Positions 35,282-44,751 of a DNA stretch of 64,000 nt are shown one piece after another. Positions within the stretch are counted from its first letter, which is position 1. Each line of letters opens with the position of its first letter. The stretch is from a virus. Lineage: Duplodnaviria; Heunggongvirae; Uroviricota; Caudoviricetes. Position numbers and translations under genes: made by a program. The stretch lies in IMG/VR virus record IMGVR_UViG_3300028887_000105. One strand, written 5' to 3'. The notes beneath the pieces are model-generated. The model did not search any database and was not told where the DNA came from. It saw nothing but the letters and a program-made list of their open reading frames with translations.

Positions 35282-35682
35282 CGGATTATATGCACCTGTC
35301 AATCGAAGAGATTGATAAAAAAATAGCAGAAAACGACAAAGTTCTCAAGAAGTACTGGGAAATGGAGACTGGTTCATGGGAAGAGTATCGTGAATTGTGT
35401 CAACCTTATTGGGATGATAACAGCGATTTGGAGGCAGCAAAGACATTGAAGACACCCCGCGAAGAAATCGAACTAAGGCCATTTTCAGAACTTGATAAAG
35501 AATGTCTAATGGACATTAAGGACTTTACCGAATGCTGCAAAGAAGGATTTTTAACGTCCTGGGATGGCGTTGGTTATTATGCAACAGAGGATTCAGTTTC
35601 TTGGCTTATTGCTAGTACGTACGCATTCAAGCACGGTATGATCCGTCCAGACTTTGATTATGTTTGTTGGTACAATAAATGA
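35278..35682 (+). CDS. hypothetical protein
   Basis: 134-aa ORF. Confidence 0.5.
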   Translation: MTDYMHLSIEEIDKKIAENDKVLKKYWEMETGSWEEYRELCQPYWDDNSDLEAAKTLKTPREEIELRPFSELDKECLMDIKDFTECCKEGFLTSWDGVGYYATEDSVSWLIASTYAFKHGMIRPDFDYVCWYNK

Positions 35683-35781
35683 ATACAGAAAAAGTAATTG
35701 AGATTATATACGTATTACTGGTGGCAGGTGGATTATTCTATCTTCTAAAAGATGCGTATGACACTTTATTCAAAAAATAAT
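35680..35781 (+). CDS. tiny membrane protein
   Basis: 33 aa. Confidence 0.25.
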
Positions 35782-35782
35782 T

Positions 35783-36349
35783 ATGACAGTAATATACGGA
35801 AATCGTGGAGATATGGACACCCTTATGCTACCTAGCATATGGGAGAGATTAGACAATGTAAATGTTGTTGAAATCGGTCTTAGAACGTTTCACTTCGAAG
35901 ATAGAGTAGCAGAGGCAATAGCCAATGAGGATGATACTCTTATTCTTTGCGGCCACGGAACGTCCTGGGGCCTTCTACACCCCAATTTCCATACTGGACA
36001 GTATATTATTCACGAGAACAATTATCGTGACATACACGCAAGAAATTTGATATGTGTATGGTGCCATGCTGCTGACTTTGCTGAGAGATATCACGTAAAC
36101 GGTTTTTTTAGTTCAATGTTCATATCGAACGTTAATGAAGCACAAGAGCACCTTGGTAATGGTACAGACCTTACACAAGATCAGATTGGAGACTCGGAAT
36201 TGATATTCTGCAGAAGACTTAATGCACTTCTTAGGGATGGTACACCACTTAACGAGTGGGTGCCTACTTTGAAGAGTTTAATGAATGAAAATAATATGGT
36301 GGAGAGATATAATTATAATGGTTTAAAATTTTTTGAGAATTATGAATGA
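35783..36349 (+). CDS. hypothetical protein with His/Cys dyad arrangement (LILCGHG ... LICVWCHAAD), possible clan-CD-like peptidase fold
   Basis: 188 aa; spacing of GHG and hydrophobic-strand + Cys resembles caspase-like dyad; weak. Confidence 0.5.
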   Translation: MTVIYGNRGDMDTLMLPSIWERLDNVNVVEIGLRTFHFEDRVAEAIANEDDTLILCGHGTSWGLLHPNFHTGQYIIHENNYRDIHARNLICVWCHAADFAERYHVNGFFSSMFISNVNEAQEHLGNGTDLTQDQIGDSELIFCRRLNALLRDGTPLNEWVPTLKSLMNENNMVERYNYNGLKFFENYE

Positions 36350-37811
36350 GATTTTTACACAAAGTGAAAACATCAAGCACGAGTACTGTTGTACTATCGT
36401 GCGCATCGGCGAGATCAAGCCAATCGAGGGCAGGGATCGAATTGTACAGACACTGGTAAACGGTTTGTCTATGGTAATTCGTAAGGACCAGGTAAAAGAG
36501 GGTGACCTTATGATTTACGCGATGAACGAAACACAGTTGTCCGAGAAGTTCCTTGCTGCTAATAACCTGTATGCTATCGACTGTTACGAAAAGAACAGTA
36601 ATGCCCCAGAGGTGGGTCAATTACTATTCGACGGTAAGAACGATGAGGCAAAGGAACACGTTGGTTTCTTCAATAAGTATGGCCGAGTGAAATTGATTAG
36701 ACTTGGTGGTGTACCTTCATTCGGATACCTCTTCACTGTTAACGAACTTGCAAAGGTATATCCTGAGGTTCTTAATGTTAACCTTGAGGAACTGGTAGAC
36801 ACCGACTTCGATACCGTATGCGGTGAGGAATTTGTAAAGGTATATATGCCACCTGTAAAGGAAGCAACACCTCGTGGTTCAAAGGAAGCAAAAATGCAGC
36901 GTAAACTCGCTAAGTTTGATCGTATGCTTCCAGGCCAGTTTGCTTTCCACTATGAGACAAAGCAACTCGCAAGGTACATTTCTTACATCAAGCCTACCGA
37001 CGTGGTAACCATTTCTGTTAAGATGGACGGTACTTCATTTATTGTTGGTAATATCCTTGTTAAGTTCCCTAAGTGGGATGGTTTCTACAAGAAGATATTC
37101 CCATATCTTCCTAAGTTCCTACAATTCACTCGCGAGGATTATGATATTGTTTATTCTTCACGTAAGGTGATTATCAATAAGGATATTAATCCTAACAAGG
37201 GTGAAGGATGGGATGGTGGTTCTGTACAGAAGGCCATTACTGTAGTTGCCGATCTTATCAGGGACTATGTTCCTAAGGATATGACTATCTACGGTGAGAT
37301 TGTTGGTTATTACAATCAGACTAACAAGGCTATCCAAACTCGTGGTGGTAAGGATTATGACTATGGTTGCCCAGTGGGTACCAACAGGTTTATGCCTTAT
37401 CGAATTGTTACAAAGAACGAGGATGGTACAAATCACGAATGGAACGTTTGTGAGGTTTACGATTGGACTATCAATTTCATGAAGGAACATGAGGACCTTG
37501 CTAAGTACGTACAACCAATCGTTATCGTTTACCACGGTACGCTTGCTGACCTTTATCCACAACTTGACGTTGAGAATCATTGGCACGAGAATGTTCTTGA
37601 GGCTATGAAGAACGACAAGAAGACACTTGGTCTTGAGGTATATGAGCCAATGTGTAAGGATAAGGTATGGCGTGAAGGTGTAGTACTCCGTGTTGACGAC
37701 GATATGGTTAACGAAGCCTTCAAGTTGAAGAGTGTTAAATACTCTGAGAAGGAACGTGAGGATTACGACAAGGGTGTCATTGACCAGGAAGCAATGGAAG
37801 GATACCTTTAA
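36342..37811 (+). CDS. RNA ligase (covalent nucleotidyltransferase superfamily) with N-terminal OB-like domain
   Basis: track start 36333 is TTG, ATG at 36342; motif I ISVKMDGTS (KxDG), III TIYGEIVG, IV REGVVLRV (EGxxxR/K), V FKLKSVK; ~200-aa N-terminal OB-like domain as in Rnl5-type ligases; GC above background. Confidence 0.8.
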   Translation: MNEIFTQSENIKHEYCCTIVRIGEIKPIEGRDRIVQTLVNGLSMVIRKDQVKEGDLMIYAMNETQLSEKFLAANNLYAIDCYEKNSNAPEVGQLLFDGKNDEAKEHVGFFNKYGRVKLIRLGGVPSFGYLFTVNELAKVYPEVLNVNLEELVDTDFDTVCGEEFVKVYMPPVKEATPRGSKEAKMQRKLAKFDRMLPGQFAFHYETKQLARYISYIKPTDVVTISVKMDGTSFIVGNILVKFPKWDGFYKKIFPYLPKFLQFTREDYDIVYSSRKVIINKDINPNKGEGWDGGSVQKAITVVADLIRDYVPKDMTIYGEIVGYYNQTNKAIQTRGGKDYDYGCPVGTNRFMPYRIVTKNEDGTNHEWNVCEVYDWTINFMKEHEDLAKYVQPIVIVYHGTLADLYPQLDVENHWHENVLEAMKNDKKTLGLEVYEPMCKDKVWREGVVLRVDDDMVNEAFKLKSVKYSEKEREDYDKGVIDQEAMEGYL

Positions 37812-37815
37812 CATT

Positions 37816-37856
37816 CGAAAGGCAGGCTGAAAGGCTTGCCTTTTTAATTTTTTTTG
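37816..37856 (+). terminator. rho-independent terminator
   Basis: AAAGGCAGGC-TGAAAG-GCTTGCCTTT hairpin + TTTTTAATTTTTTTT, then GTATATTTAAA. Confidence 0.65.
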
Positions 37857-37885
37857 TATATTTAAACAATAAAAGATAATTAACT

Positions 37886-38413
37886 ATGGGATACGAAATT
37901 TCATTTAAACCTACAGAAGAGGCGATGGCTAAATTAAAGCCCTGGGGTGATTCATACCAATCATCAACCAAGAAACAACGAATTGAGTTGATTGCATATT
38001 GTATGAGAAAGTCGGATGAACCGACAATAAAAATATATGATAACATTAATTTCTATCTTAGATTTTTGAAAGAAAGTGTTAGAACCGACGAACGCGCATT
38101 TGCTTATAAAAGATGGAAAGAAAACGAAGAAAAAGAAATATGGTATTGCGGTTGGGAATTTTCCCGTCCTTCCAGTGTCGACATTGATGAGGTTATTGAA
38201 TTTACAACACAGGAATTAACAATTTTAACCGCTGTGGTTGAAACACCAGACTATTTTGAAAATAACGATAAATTCTACGAAAAGTATCGTGAAGTGATAA
38301 AAAGAATTGACGATTTCATTGACACAATGGAAGAAGTTACTATACATGAAATAATTGAAGAACTTGACGAATTTAAAGAGAAATACGAAGAAGAAAATGA
38401 TCAAGAAGTATAG
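37886..38413 (+). CDS. hypothetical acidic protein
   Basis: 175-aa ORF. Confidence 0.5.
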   Translation: MGYEISFKPTEEAMAKLKPWGDSYQSSTKKQRIELIAYCMRKSDEPTIKIYDNINFYLRFLKESVRTDERAFAYKRWKENEEKEIWYCGWEFSRPSSVDIDEVIEFTTQELTILTAVVETPDYFENNDKFYEKYREVIKRIDDFIDTMEEVTIHEIIEELDEFKEKYEEENDQEV

Positions 38414-39311
38414 AATAATAGGGGATATTCATGGTAGAACTAATTGGCATAAGTTAGTAGAACCATTTGACGAAGAAACAATGTACATCTTCGTCGGGGA
38501 TTATGTGGACCCATACTATCATCTGGAAGATGTTACATTTGATCAAATGTTTTCTGAAATGGAATCTATCTTCAAAATGAAACAGGAACATCCTGATAAT
38601 GTAATTATTCTGCTTGGTAACCACGATCTTCAATATATTATAAAATATGGAGAAACAAGTCGTTATGAAATAAGCATCAGTAAAAGGAACAAATTGTTCA
38701 ACTTTTTTGACGAGAATTTGAAATATACAGATGGTGTTGCGTATCAAATTAACAACAAATATCTTATCACGCACGCTGGTGTTACTAAAGAGTGGTATGA
38801 AACATACTTTGGCGAATTTAAAAAAGACACAACGCTTGAAGAAATAGTTAAAAACATAAATGAACTGTGGGAAAACAACAAGTCTGCATTTTATTTTTGT
38901 GGTAAATTCTCAGATTCTTACGGTGTATCGGAATCTCAAGGACCATTATGGATACGACCTGAAACATTATGGTATGCAAATTTATTTGGCTTTGACAGTG
39001 GTATAATTCAAATTGTTGGACATACACCATATGAATCAGATTTCCCTGGTTTGGCACCTAATGATGATAATCGTATAGCAACAATTGGCACCGTAAAAAT
39101 ACCAGCAGACAAAGAAGAAATCGAAAATGATTTATATTTTAATGACGGTACAAATATTTGTCAACGAATTGATAATAAACCATTACATGTAGATATTATA
39201 CTCGTTGATTGTTTACGTCGGGAAACCGCTTGTCTCGACATTGGTGCTGAAACTAACGGTTGGAAACAAGTATATTTTGGTGATGTTGAAAATAAAAAAA
39301 TTAAATGGTAA
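38397..39311 (+). CDS. PPP-family Ser/Thr-phosphatase-like metallophosphoesterase (lambda PPase / ApaH-like)
   Basis: GDIHGR, GDYVDPY (GDxVDRG-like), GNHD, HAGV, GHTP motif series. Confidence 0.8.
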   Translation: MIKKYRIIGDIHGRTNWHKLVEPFDEETMYIFVGDYVDPYYHLEDVTFDQMFSEMESIFKMKQEHPDNVIILLGNHDLQYIIKYGETSRYEISISKRNKLFNFFDENLKYTDGVAYQINNKYLITHAGVTKEWYETYFGEFKKDTTLEEIVKNINELWENNKSAFYFCGKFSDSYGVSESQGPLWIRPETLWYANLFGFDSGIIQIVGHTPYESDFPGLAPNDDNRIATIGTVKIPADKEEIENDLYFNDGTNICQRIDNKPLHVDIILVDCLRRETACLDIGAETNGWKQVYFGDVENKKIKW

Positions 39312-39925
39312 ATATGGAATATAATTATAAATTTACAAGTGGTAAGAATATTTGGTTTACATCTGATATTCATTTTAATCATAAAAACATAATTAAGTAC
39401 TGCCAACGTCCCTGGGAAACAGTAGACGAAATGAATGAGGCGTTAATTGCCAACTGGAATTCGGTTGTTAAAAAAGACGACACGGTATTTATACTCGGAG
39501 ACATTGGATTTGGAAGTGTTACTAAGACAGTAGAATTGGTGTCACGATTAAACGGGCATAAAATTCTATTACCTGGTAATCATGATAGGGAATTCATTCA
39601 TAAAGAAGAGGTTAGAGCGTTATTTGACGACATCCTACCATTGGCATATATTAAAATTGAAGAATTTCATATATATTTATGTCACTTCCCATTCTTATGT
39701 TTCGACGGTGCATACAGTGGTGAAAAAGCAACTTGGCAATTGTTTGGCCACTGCCACTCAAAGAAAGGTTCATTTGGATTGGATTCACAAAGATTGATTC
39801 ATTGTTATCCTACACAATATGATGTAGGTGTTGACAATAACAATTATTTTCCAATCTCATTTGAAACGGTTAAGGAAAAAATTTATGATCAGCAACAAAG
39901 TTTAAATTTGATTAGAGAATGTTAA
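39305..39925 (+). CDS. calcineurin-like metallophosphoesterase
   Basis: SDIHFNH, LGDIGFG, PGNHD, GHCH motifs. Confidence 0.75.
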   Translation: MVNMEYNYKFTSGKNIWFTSDIHFNHKNIIKYCQRPWETVDEMNEALIANWNSVVKKDDTVFILGDIGFGSVTKTVELVSRLNGHKILLPGNHDREFIHKEEVRALFDDILPLAYIKIEEFHIYLCHFPFLCFDGAYSGEKATWQLFGHCHSKKGSFGLDSQRLIHCYPTQYDVGVDNNNYFPISFETVKEKIYDQQQSLNLIREC

Positions 39926-40161
39926 TAGAATTTAAGAAAGAGGTAAACTTCTGCAGTTTATGTCCTCATGGATTTACAGATGGCCCGTACTGGAACCCTG
40001 ATTTTGAAGAGGAAGATTATAAGGTTTATTGCATGATATTGGACAAAGTAGTTCACGAAGATTTACATTGGACTGAATGCGCAGCCAAGACTTCAAAAAG
40101 AACTGGGCTTGATGTACCTGGAGATTTTTGCCCGTTTAGTGAAAATAACAAACAACAATAA
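39919..40161 (+). CDS. small Cys-rich protein
   Basis: 80 aa; CSLCPHG...C...C...C. Confidence 0.45.
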   Translation: MLIEFKKEVNFCSLCPHGFTDGPYWNPDFEEEDYKVYCMILDKVVHEDLHWTECAAKTSKRTGLDVPGDFCPFSENNKQQ

Positions 40162-40180
40162 TAATTAAAAATTAAAAAGT

Positions 40181-41056
40181 ATGAAGAAATTATTTTATTT
40201 ATTTGCATTAGTTGGTTCGCTAATGCTTGCAAGTTGCAATCCAGAACCAAAGCCAGCAGAGGTAACATTTGCAATTGGTGTTAGTGACATTACTGCTACT
40301 AGCGCACTTGTTACAGTTACTCCTTCTGACACAAACGCACTTTATTACTTCGACCTTTTCTCACAGGAAGTATATGATGAGTTCGAGACACCTACACAGG
40401 CTGCTGAGGACCTTCTACAATACATTCTTGATGGTGTTGAGGAATATCAAGAGTATGGTTATGACGTAGAACTTGTAGACTGGTTGTCTCAAGGCCAAGA
40501 TCACTATGAATTCAGTACCCTAAGTCCTGAGACTTCATATGTAGTTGTTGCATTTAGAGTTGACACAGCAACAAGTGCAGTTGTAGGTACTGTTTATCAC
40601 GAGGCTTTCACAACACATCCAGTTGAACAGGTCGATCTTACATTTAATACCGAAGTAACTGATACAGCAATTTGGTTTGTACCAAATCTTGATGAGGTTG
40701 AATATTTCGCCACATTTATTGATGCAGATACACTACAGGCATATGGTGTTACCGCTACTGAATATTTTGAGTATTTGGTAACTTACTACGGCGAATACAT
40801 TGAATACTTCACAATGCACGGACCTATCTATGTGGAACTTAGTGAGTTGAATCCTGGCTCTGATTACGTTTTCTTAGCACAGGCATACACAGGTGGTGTA
40901 TGGAACTCAGATTTGTTCGCTGGATATTTTAGCGCACCTACTGATGAACCAGCAGAAATTGCTCCTTCACGTCAGAAGATGTCATTCAATCACAAGGTCT
41001 ATAAGAAGATGGCCAAGAGATTGACTATTGAAAATAACAAAATTCAAAAACTCTAA
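40181..41056 (+). CDS. lipoprotein (SPase II signal MKKLFYLFALVGSLMLASC), acidic/Tyr-rich, elevated GC
   Basis: lipobox L-A-S-C; Cys followed by NPEPKPAE; GC above background. Confidence 0.7.
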   Translation: MKKLFYLFALVGSLMLASCNPEPKPAEVTFAIGVSDITATSALVTVTPSDTNALYYFDLFSQEVYDEFETPTQAAEDLLQYILDGVEEYQEYGYDVELVDWLSQGQDHYEFSTLSPETSYVVVAFRVDTATSAVVGTVYHEAFTTHPVEQVDLTFNTEVTDTAIWFVPNLDEVEYFATFIDADTLQAYGVTATEYFEYLVTYYGEYIEYFTMHGPIYVELSELNPGSDYVFLAQAYTGGVWNSDLFAGYFSAPTDEPAEIAPSRQKMSFNHKVYKKMAKRLTIENNKIQKL

Positions 41057-41062
41057 TTAATT

Positions 41063-41281
41063 ATGAAGAATTGGACATGGCAACAGTGGACTGCACTTGG
41101 TATCATCGCTGCAGTCATTATCGCAGCAGTTGTACTTCACTTGGTACAACCTGAGGTATCATTTGCCTTCTTCGAGATTGGTGCCCTTGTAATGTTCGCC
41201 GTAGGCGTTGTTGCAGGATATCTTTTGAAGAAGAAGAACATTGTTAACGAAGAACCCGCAAAGCAACTTCTAAAAGACTAA
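41063..41281 (+). CDS. small membrane protein
   Basis: 72 aa, two TM helices. Confidence 0.5.
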   Translation: MKNWTWQQWTALGIIAAVIIAAVVLHLVQPEVSFAFFEIGALVMFAVGVVAGYLLKKKNIVNEEPAKQLLKD

Positions 41282-41285
41282 AAGT

Positions 41286-42026
41286 ATGAAGATTTGCGCT
41301 ATATCTGATTTACACGGAACGCTCCCCAGTATTGGGGAGTGCGACGTGGTTTTCATTTGCGGTGATATCTTTCCGACCAGGATTGATACGATGACAAAAG
41401 AATGCCACGAGTGGTTCAACGGTCCATTTGCCGATTGGATCAATGAGTTACCTTGCAAACAAGTTTTTCTTATTGCTGGTAATCACGATTTTTATTTGGA
41501 AAGCGAATTGTCATACTTCGGTGAAAATGAACAACACTATACTGAATTAAGCCGAATTAAAAGAATTATTCGTGAAAACGAGAAAATGAAGGATAAACTT
41601 GTGTACCTTCAAGATGAAAGTTATACACTTGAAAACGGTATGAAAGTTTATGGTACACCTTGGTGTATTAGTCCTAAAGGATTTGCTTTCATTGATAGTT
41701 CAGGAAAACCATATGAAGAAATTCCAATGGATTGTGACATCTTGTTAGTACATCAGCCACCAAGGGTAGGTAAATTAGGGTGTTCAAATCCTAATACACA
41801 ATATGAAGTTAACTATGCAAGTAAATCACTTGCAAATGCAATTGCTGACAGACATATCAAGTATGTGTTCTGTGGGCATATTCATAGTGGAATTCACGGT
41901 GGTATATACGTAGATGATACAAAAGAAACATTATATCCGTTCTACAAGGATACTTTGTATTATAACGTATCAATTAAAGATGAAGAATATAAGGTTCGTT
42001 ATGAACCAACTTTTGTAATGATATAA
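41286..42026 (+). CDS. calcineurin-like metallophosphoesterase
   Basis: SDLHG, CGDIFP, AGNHDFY, HQPP, CGHIHSG motifs. Confidence 0.75.
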   Translation: MKICAISDLHGTLPSIGECDVVFICGDIFPTRIDTMTKECHEWFNGPFADWINELPCKQVFLIAGNHDFYLESELSYFGENEQHYTELSRIKRIIRENEKMKDKLVYLQDESYTLENGMKVYGTPWCISPKGFAFIDSSGKPYEEIPMDCDILLVHQPPRVGKLGCSNPNTQYEVNYASKSLANAIADRHIKYVFCGHIHSGIHGGIYVDDTKETLYPFYKDTLYYNVSIKDEEYKVRYEPTFVMI

Positions 42027-42536
42027 ATGGAAACACTTAAATTTAAAAAAGTAGATGAACGTGCGGTAATACCGTTCTATGCACATCCAGGGGATATCGG
42101 GATGGATGTTGTAGGTATTGACCTCACTTATGATTTGGAACACGATATGTATATTTATCGCACTGGACTTGCGTGTGAAATGGCACCTGGCTTTGCTATG
42201 TTCTGCCTCCCACAGAGTCGTAACACCAAGACTGAGGGTTATATTCCTAACTCACCTGGTCTTGTGGATCCAGCAACCTATCGTGGAGAGATACAATTCC
42301 GATATAAAAACCGTGATAAACTCAACGTTTGTTGGTTAACCAAAAAGTTGTATGATAAGTTTGACTTTATAAAGGCCAGAATTGACCGTTACGCGCTTTC
42401 TAAGGCACCTTATGCCGTCGGTGAACGAATTGGTCAATTCGTAATAGTTAAGGTCCCAGAAGTCGAAATTATTGAGACTAATGAATTATCCGAAACAAGT
42501 CGTGGTACTGGCGGATTTGGTAGCACAGGTAAATAA
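42027..42536 (+). CDS. dut: dUTP diphosphatase (dUTPase)
   Basis: GDIGMDV, RTGLA, ATYRGEIQFR, GERIGQFV, SRGTGGFGSTG = dUTPase motifs I-V. Confidence 0.9.
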   Translation: METLKFKKVDERAVIPFYAHPGDIGMDVVGIDLTYDLEHDMYIYRTGLACEMAPGFAMFCLPQSRNTKTEGYIPNSPGLVDPATYRGEIQFRYKNRDKLNVCWLTKKLYDKFDFIKARIDRYALSKAPYAVGERIGQFVIVKVPEVEIIETNELSETSRGTGGFGSTGK

Positions 42537-42537
42537 T

Positions 42538-42894
42538 ATGAAAATCGCAATTGTAGGTAGCAGGATATTTAACGATTATGACAAGTTGGAATCGTTCATA
42601 ACGAACACTTGTCAGGACAACGACTACGAAGTTACCGAAGTTATATCTGGTGGTGCCAGGGGTGCTGATTCACTTGGAGAATTGTACGCAAAAAAATACG
42701 GACTGAAAACTACGATCTTCAAACCTGATTGGGAAAAATACGGTAAGAGTGCTGGATTTAGAAGAAACGTAGATATTATCAAAGCCTGTGACATTTGCTT
42801 TGCATTCTGGGATGGTGAATCTCACGGCACCAAACACGACATTGAGTTGTGTAAACAATACGATAAACCTTGTTATATTTGTTATTTTAAATAA
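42538..42894 (+). CDS. SLOG/DprA-like Rossmann nucleotide-binding protein (DUF2493-like)
   Basis: MKIAIVGSR...VISGGARGADSLGE; ATG 1 nt after dut stop (track ORF 42472 extends upstream in overlap). Confidence 0.55.
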   Translation: MKIAIVGSRIFNDYDKLESFITNTCQDNDYEVTEVISGGARGADSLGELYAKKYGLKTTIFKPDWEKYGKSAGFRRNVDIIKACDICFAFWDGESHGTKHDIELCKQYDKPCYICYFK

Positions 42895-42896
42895 TT

Positions 42897-43307
42897 ATGA
42901 GAATAATTGATTCATTTAGAGAGTTTCATAAAATCGTACGTAAGTACTTTAAGAGACATTGTGTGAAACGTGTTGATTATTTCAGCACTGGAAGATGTGT
43001 TTCTTATTGGGAGAAGGAAGATTGGATTGGCATTGCAATCACGAAACCAGAACAATTGGAAGATATTGGCATTGTCAGGTCCGTTGAATTAATGGTTGAT
43101 CCAATGGTACGTGCTGAATTTATTCACGATTTTAGAAAATATCTCAAGGAACCTCATCAGTTATTTGATGAAGGTGGTATTGTTTACAACCTACTTGGTT
43201 TGATGTTAACAAATCGAGACGTATATTACCTGGTAGAAAAAGACGGACAACAATACTTGCGTCCTATTTACGATTATAAAGAAAAACATTTAATTCAAAA
43301 AGTATGA
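42897..43307 (+). CDS. hypothetical protein
   Basis: 136-aa ORF. Confidence 0.5.
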   Translation: MRIIDSFREFHKIVRKYFKRHCVKRVDYFSTGRCVSYWEKEDWIGIAITKPEQLEDIGIVRSVELMVDPMVRAEFIHDFRKYLKEPHQLFDEGGIVYNLLGLMLTNRDVYYLVEKDGQQYLRPIYDYKEKHLIQKV

Positions 43308-43729
43308 GTGAACCAAAAGAAATAAAAATGGGTGTTATTGCTGACTTATGGCGTGATATCTGTAATGACTATTTGTACTTTTTTTGTGAAAAGCATAAAT
43401 TCAGATATGACGATACAATGTGGGTTGCAGACAACCCAGGTACAGTTGTTATGGTTGCTGACATGTACATTGATATGGAAGATATTCGTTACGACATCGA
43501 TAACAAAGTGAGAGAAGATAAGTTCGAAAAGTGGTACTGGAAAAATCTAGAACTCCACGAACTTGGTGTAAAACACTGGATGAATTATTCCAGTTATTGT
43601 AAAGGTGCTCCAGACGAATGGACCGAGGAACGTATGAACAAGGCACGTGAAATGCGTAAAGGCATTCATGAACTTGAGGAAAATTTAAGAGAACTAATTG
43701 AAGAAACAGGACATGAACCAGAATTTTAA
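43304..43729 (+). CDS. hypothetical protein
   Basis: 141-aa ORF. Confidence 0.5.
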   Translation: MSEPKEIKMGVIADLWRDICNDYLYFFCEKHKFRYDDTMWVADNPGTVVMVADMYIDMEDIRYDIDNKVREDKFEKWYWKNLELHELGVKHWMNYSSYCKGAPDEWTEERMNKAREMRKGIHELEENLRELIEETGHEPEF

Positions 43730-43731
43730 TT

Positions 43732-44460
43732 ATGGAAAAAGATGTTAAGATAGTAAAGGAATACGATGTTCCACGCAGTAAACAAATAGATGTATTGTGT
43801 GGAATGGCAGACGAAAAGGATAGTTTCGGTATCTGGTTTGCTGCTCATATTAAAACACCAATCCTGGTATGGTGGAATGATCTAATCAATTGTATTAAAA
43901 ACCATATTCTTTTCCACCAGGAATTGAAGAAATGGAGAAGTTGGGATTACCATTATCAAGTGGAAATGTTTTCCTTCTGTTTAAGACAGATGTCTGATTA
44001 TCTTTTTAATAATGGTCACGAGATTTATGATACCAGAATTAAAAAAATTAAGGCGATCAATGAACTTGCCAAAGAAATTGAGCGTGACTATGAGGCTGAT
44101 GTACGTGAACAATTACGTAAGGAAACAAAGGACCTTGAAGAAAAGGCTACAACTCATGTAACAGAATACGAAGATGGTAGTATTGGTTTCGAAGAAGTTG
44201 AAAACGAATACAGTAAAGCAATCCGTGAGCGGTATAAGAGATACTTTGACGAAATTAAAGAGGCGCGTGAAAAACACTATGATAAGATATTCAAACTTAT
44301 CAAGGGGCAGGATAAAGATGAAATAAATCAACGTATTGAGAATTTCGTTGAACATACCGTTTTTCCAGAAAAAGCAGATAAATGGTCTGTTGAAAAATAT
44401 CGGCAAGAATTATACAACAGGCTATACGACGGTAGTGGTATAGAAAATTGGTGGGATTAA
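43732..44460 (+). CDS. hypothetical protein, C-terminal coiled-coil
   Basis: 242-aa ORF. Confidence 0.55.
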   Translation: MEKDVKIVKEYDVPRSKQIDVLCGMADEKDSFGIWFAAHIKTPILVWWNDLINCIKNHILFHQELKKWRSWDYHYQVEMFSFCLRQMSDYLFNNGHEIYDTRIKKIKAINELAKEIERDYEADVREQLRKETKDLEEKATTHVTEYEDGSIGFEEVENEYSKAIRERYKRYFDEIKEAREKHYDKIFKLIKGQDKDEINQRIENFVEHTVFPEKADKWSVEKYRQELYNRLYDGSGIENWWD

Positions 44461-44462
44461 AA

Positions 44463-44498
44463 TTATTGGTTCTCGTTTGGGAACCAATTTTTTTTTTG
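44463..44498 (+). terminator. rho-independent terminator
   Basis: ATTGGTTC-TCGTTTGG-GAACCAAT hairpin + T10, then GTATAATTAC. Confidence 0.7.
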
Positions 44499-44523
44499 TA
44501 TAATTACTAAAAATATTGATAAT

Positions 44524-44751
44524 ATGACAAAAGATGAGTTAATAGAAAAACTAACGTATAGTGCCAACACGTATACATATGGTAAACTGTACAAGAAAAC
44601 TATCTTCGGTGTTAAAGAAATTGTTGATGCTTATTGGAAAGGTATTGACGATACATTGTTAGCGCTTGGTTTAATTGATAAGCCAGGCGGTGAATACGTG
44701 GAAGGTAAGAAAATAATTGAATTTGTAAACGAAGAACAAAATGGAAATTGA
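44524..44751 (+). CDS. hypothetical protein
   Basis: 75-aa ORF. Confidence 0.45.
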   Translation: MTKDELIEKLTYSANTYTYGKLYKKTIFGVKEIVDAYWKGIDDTLLALGLIDKPGGEYVEGKKIIEFVNEEQNGN

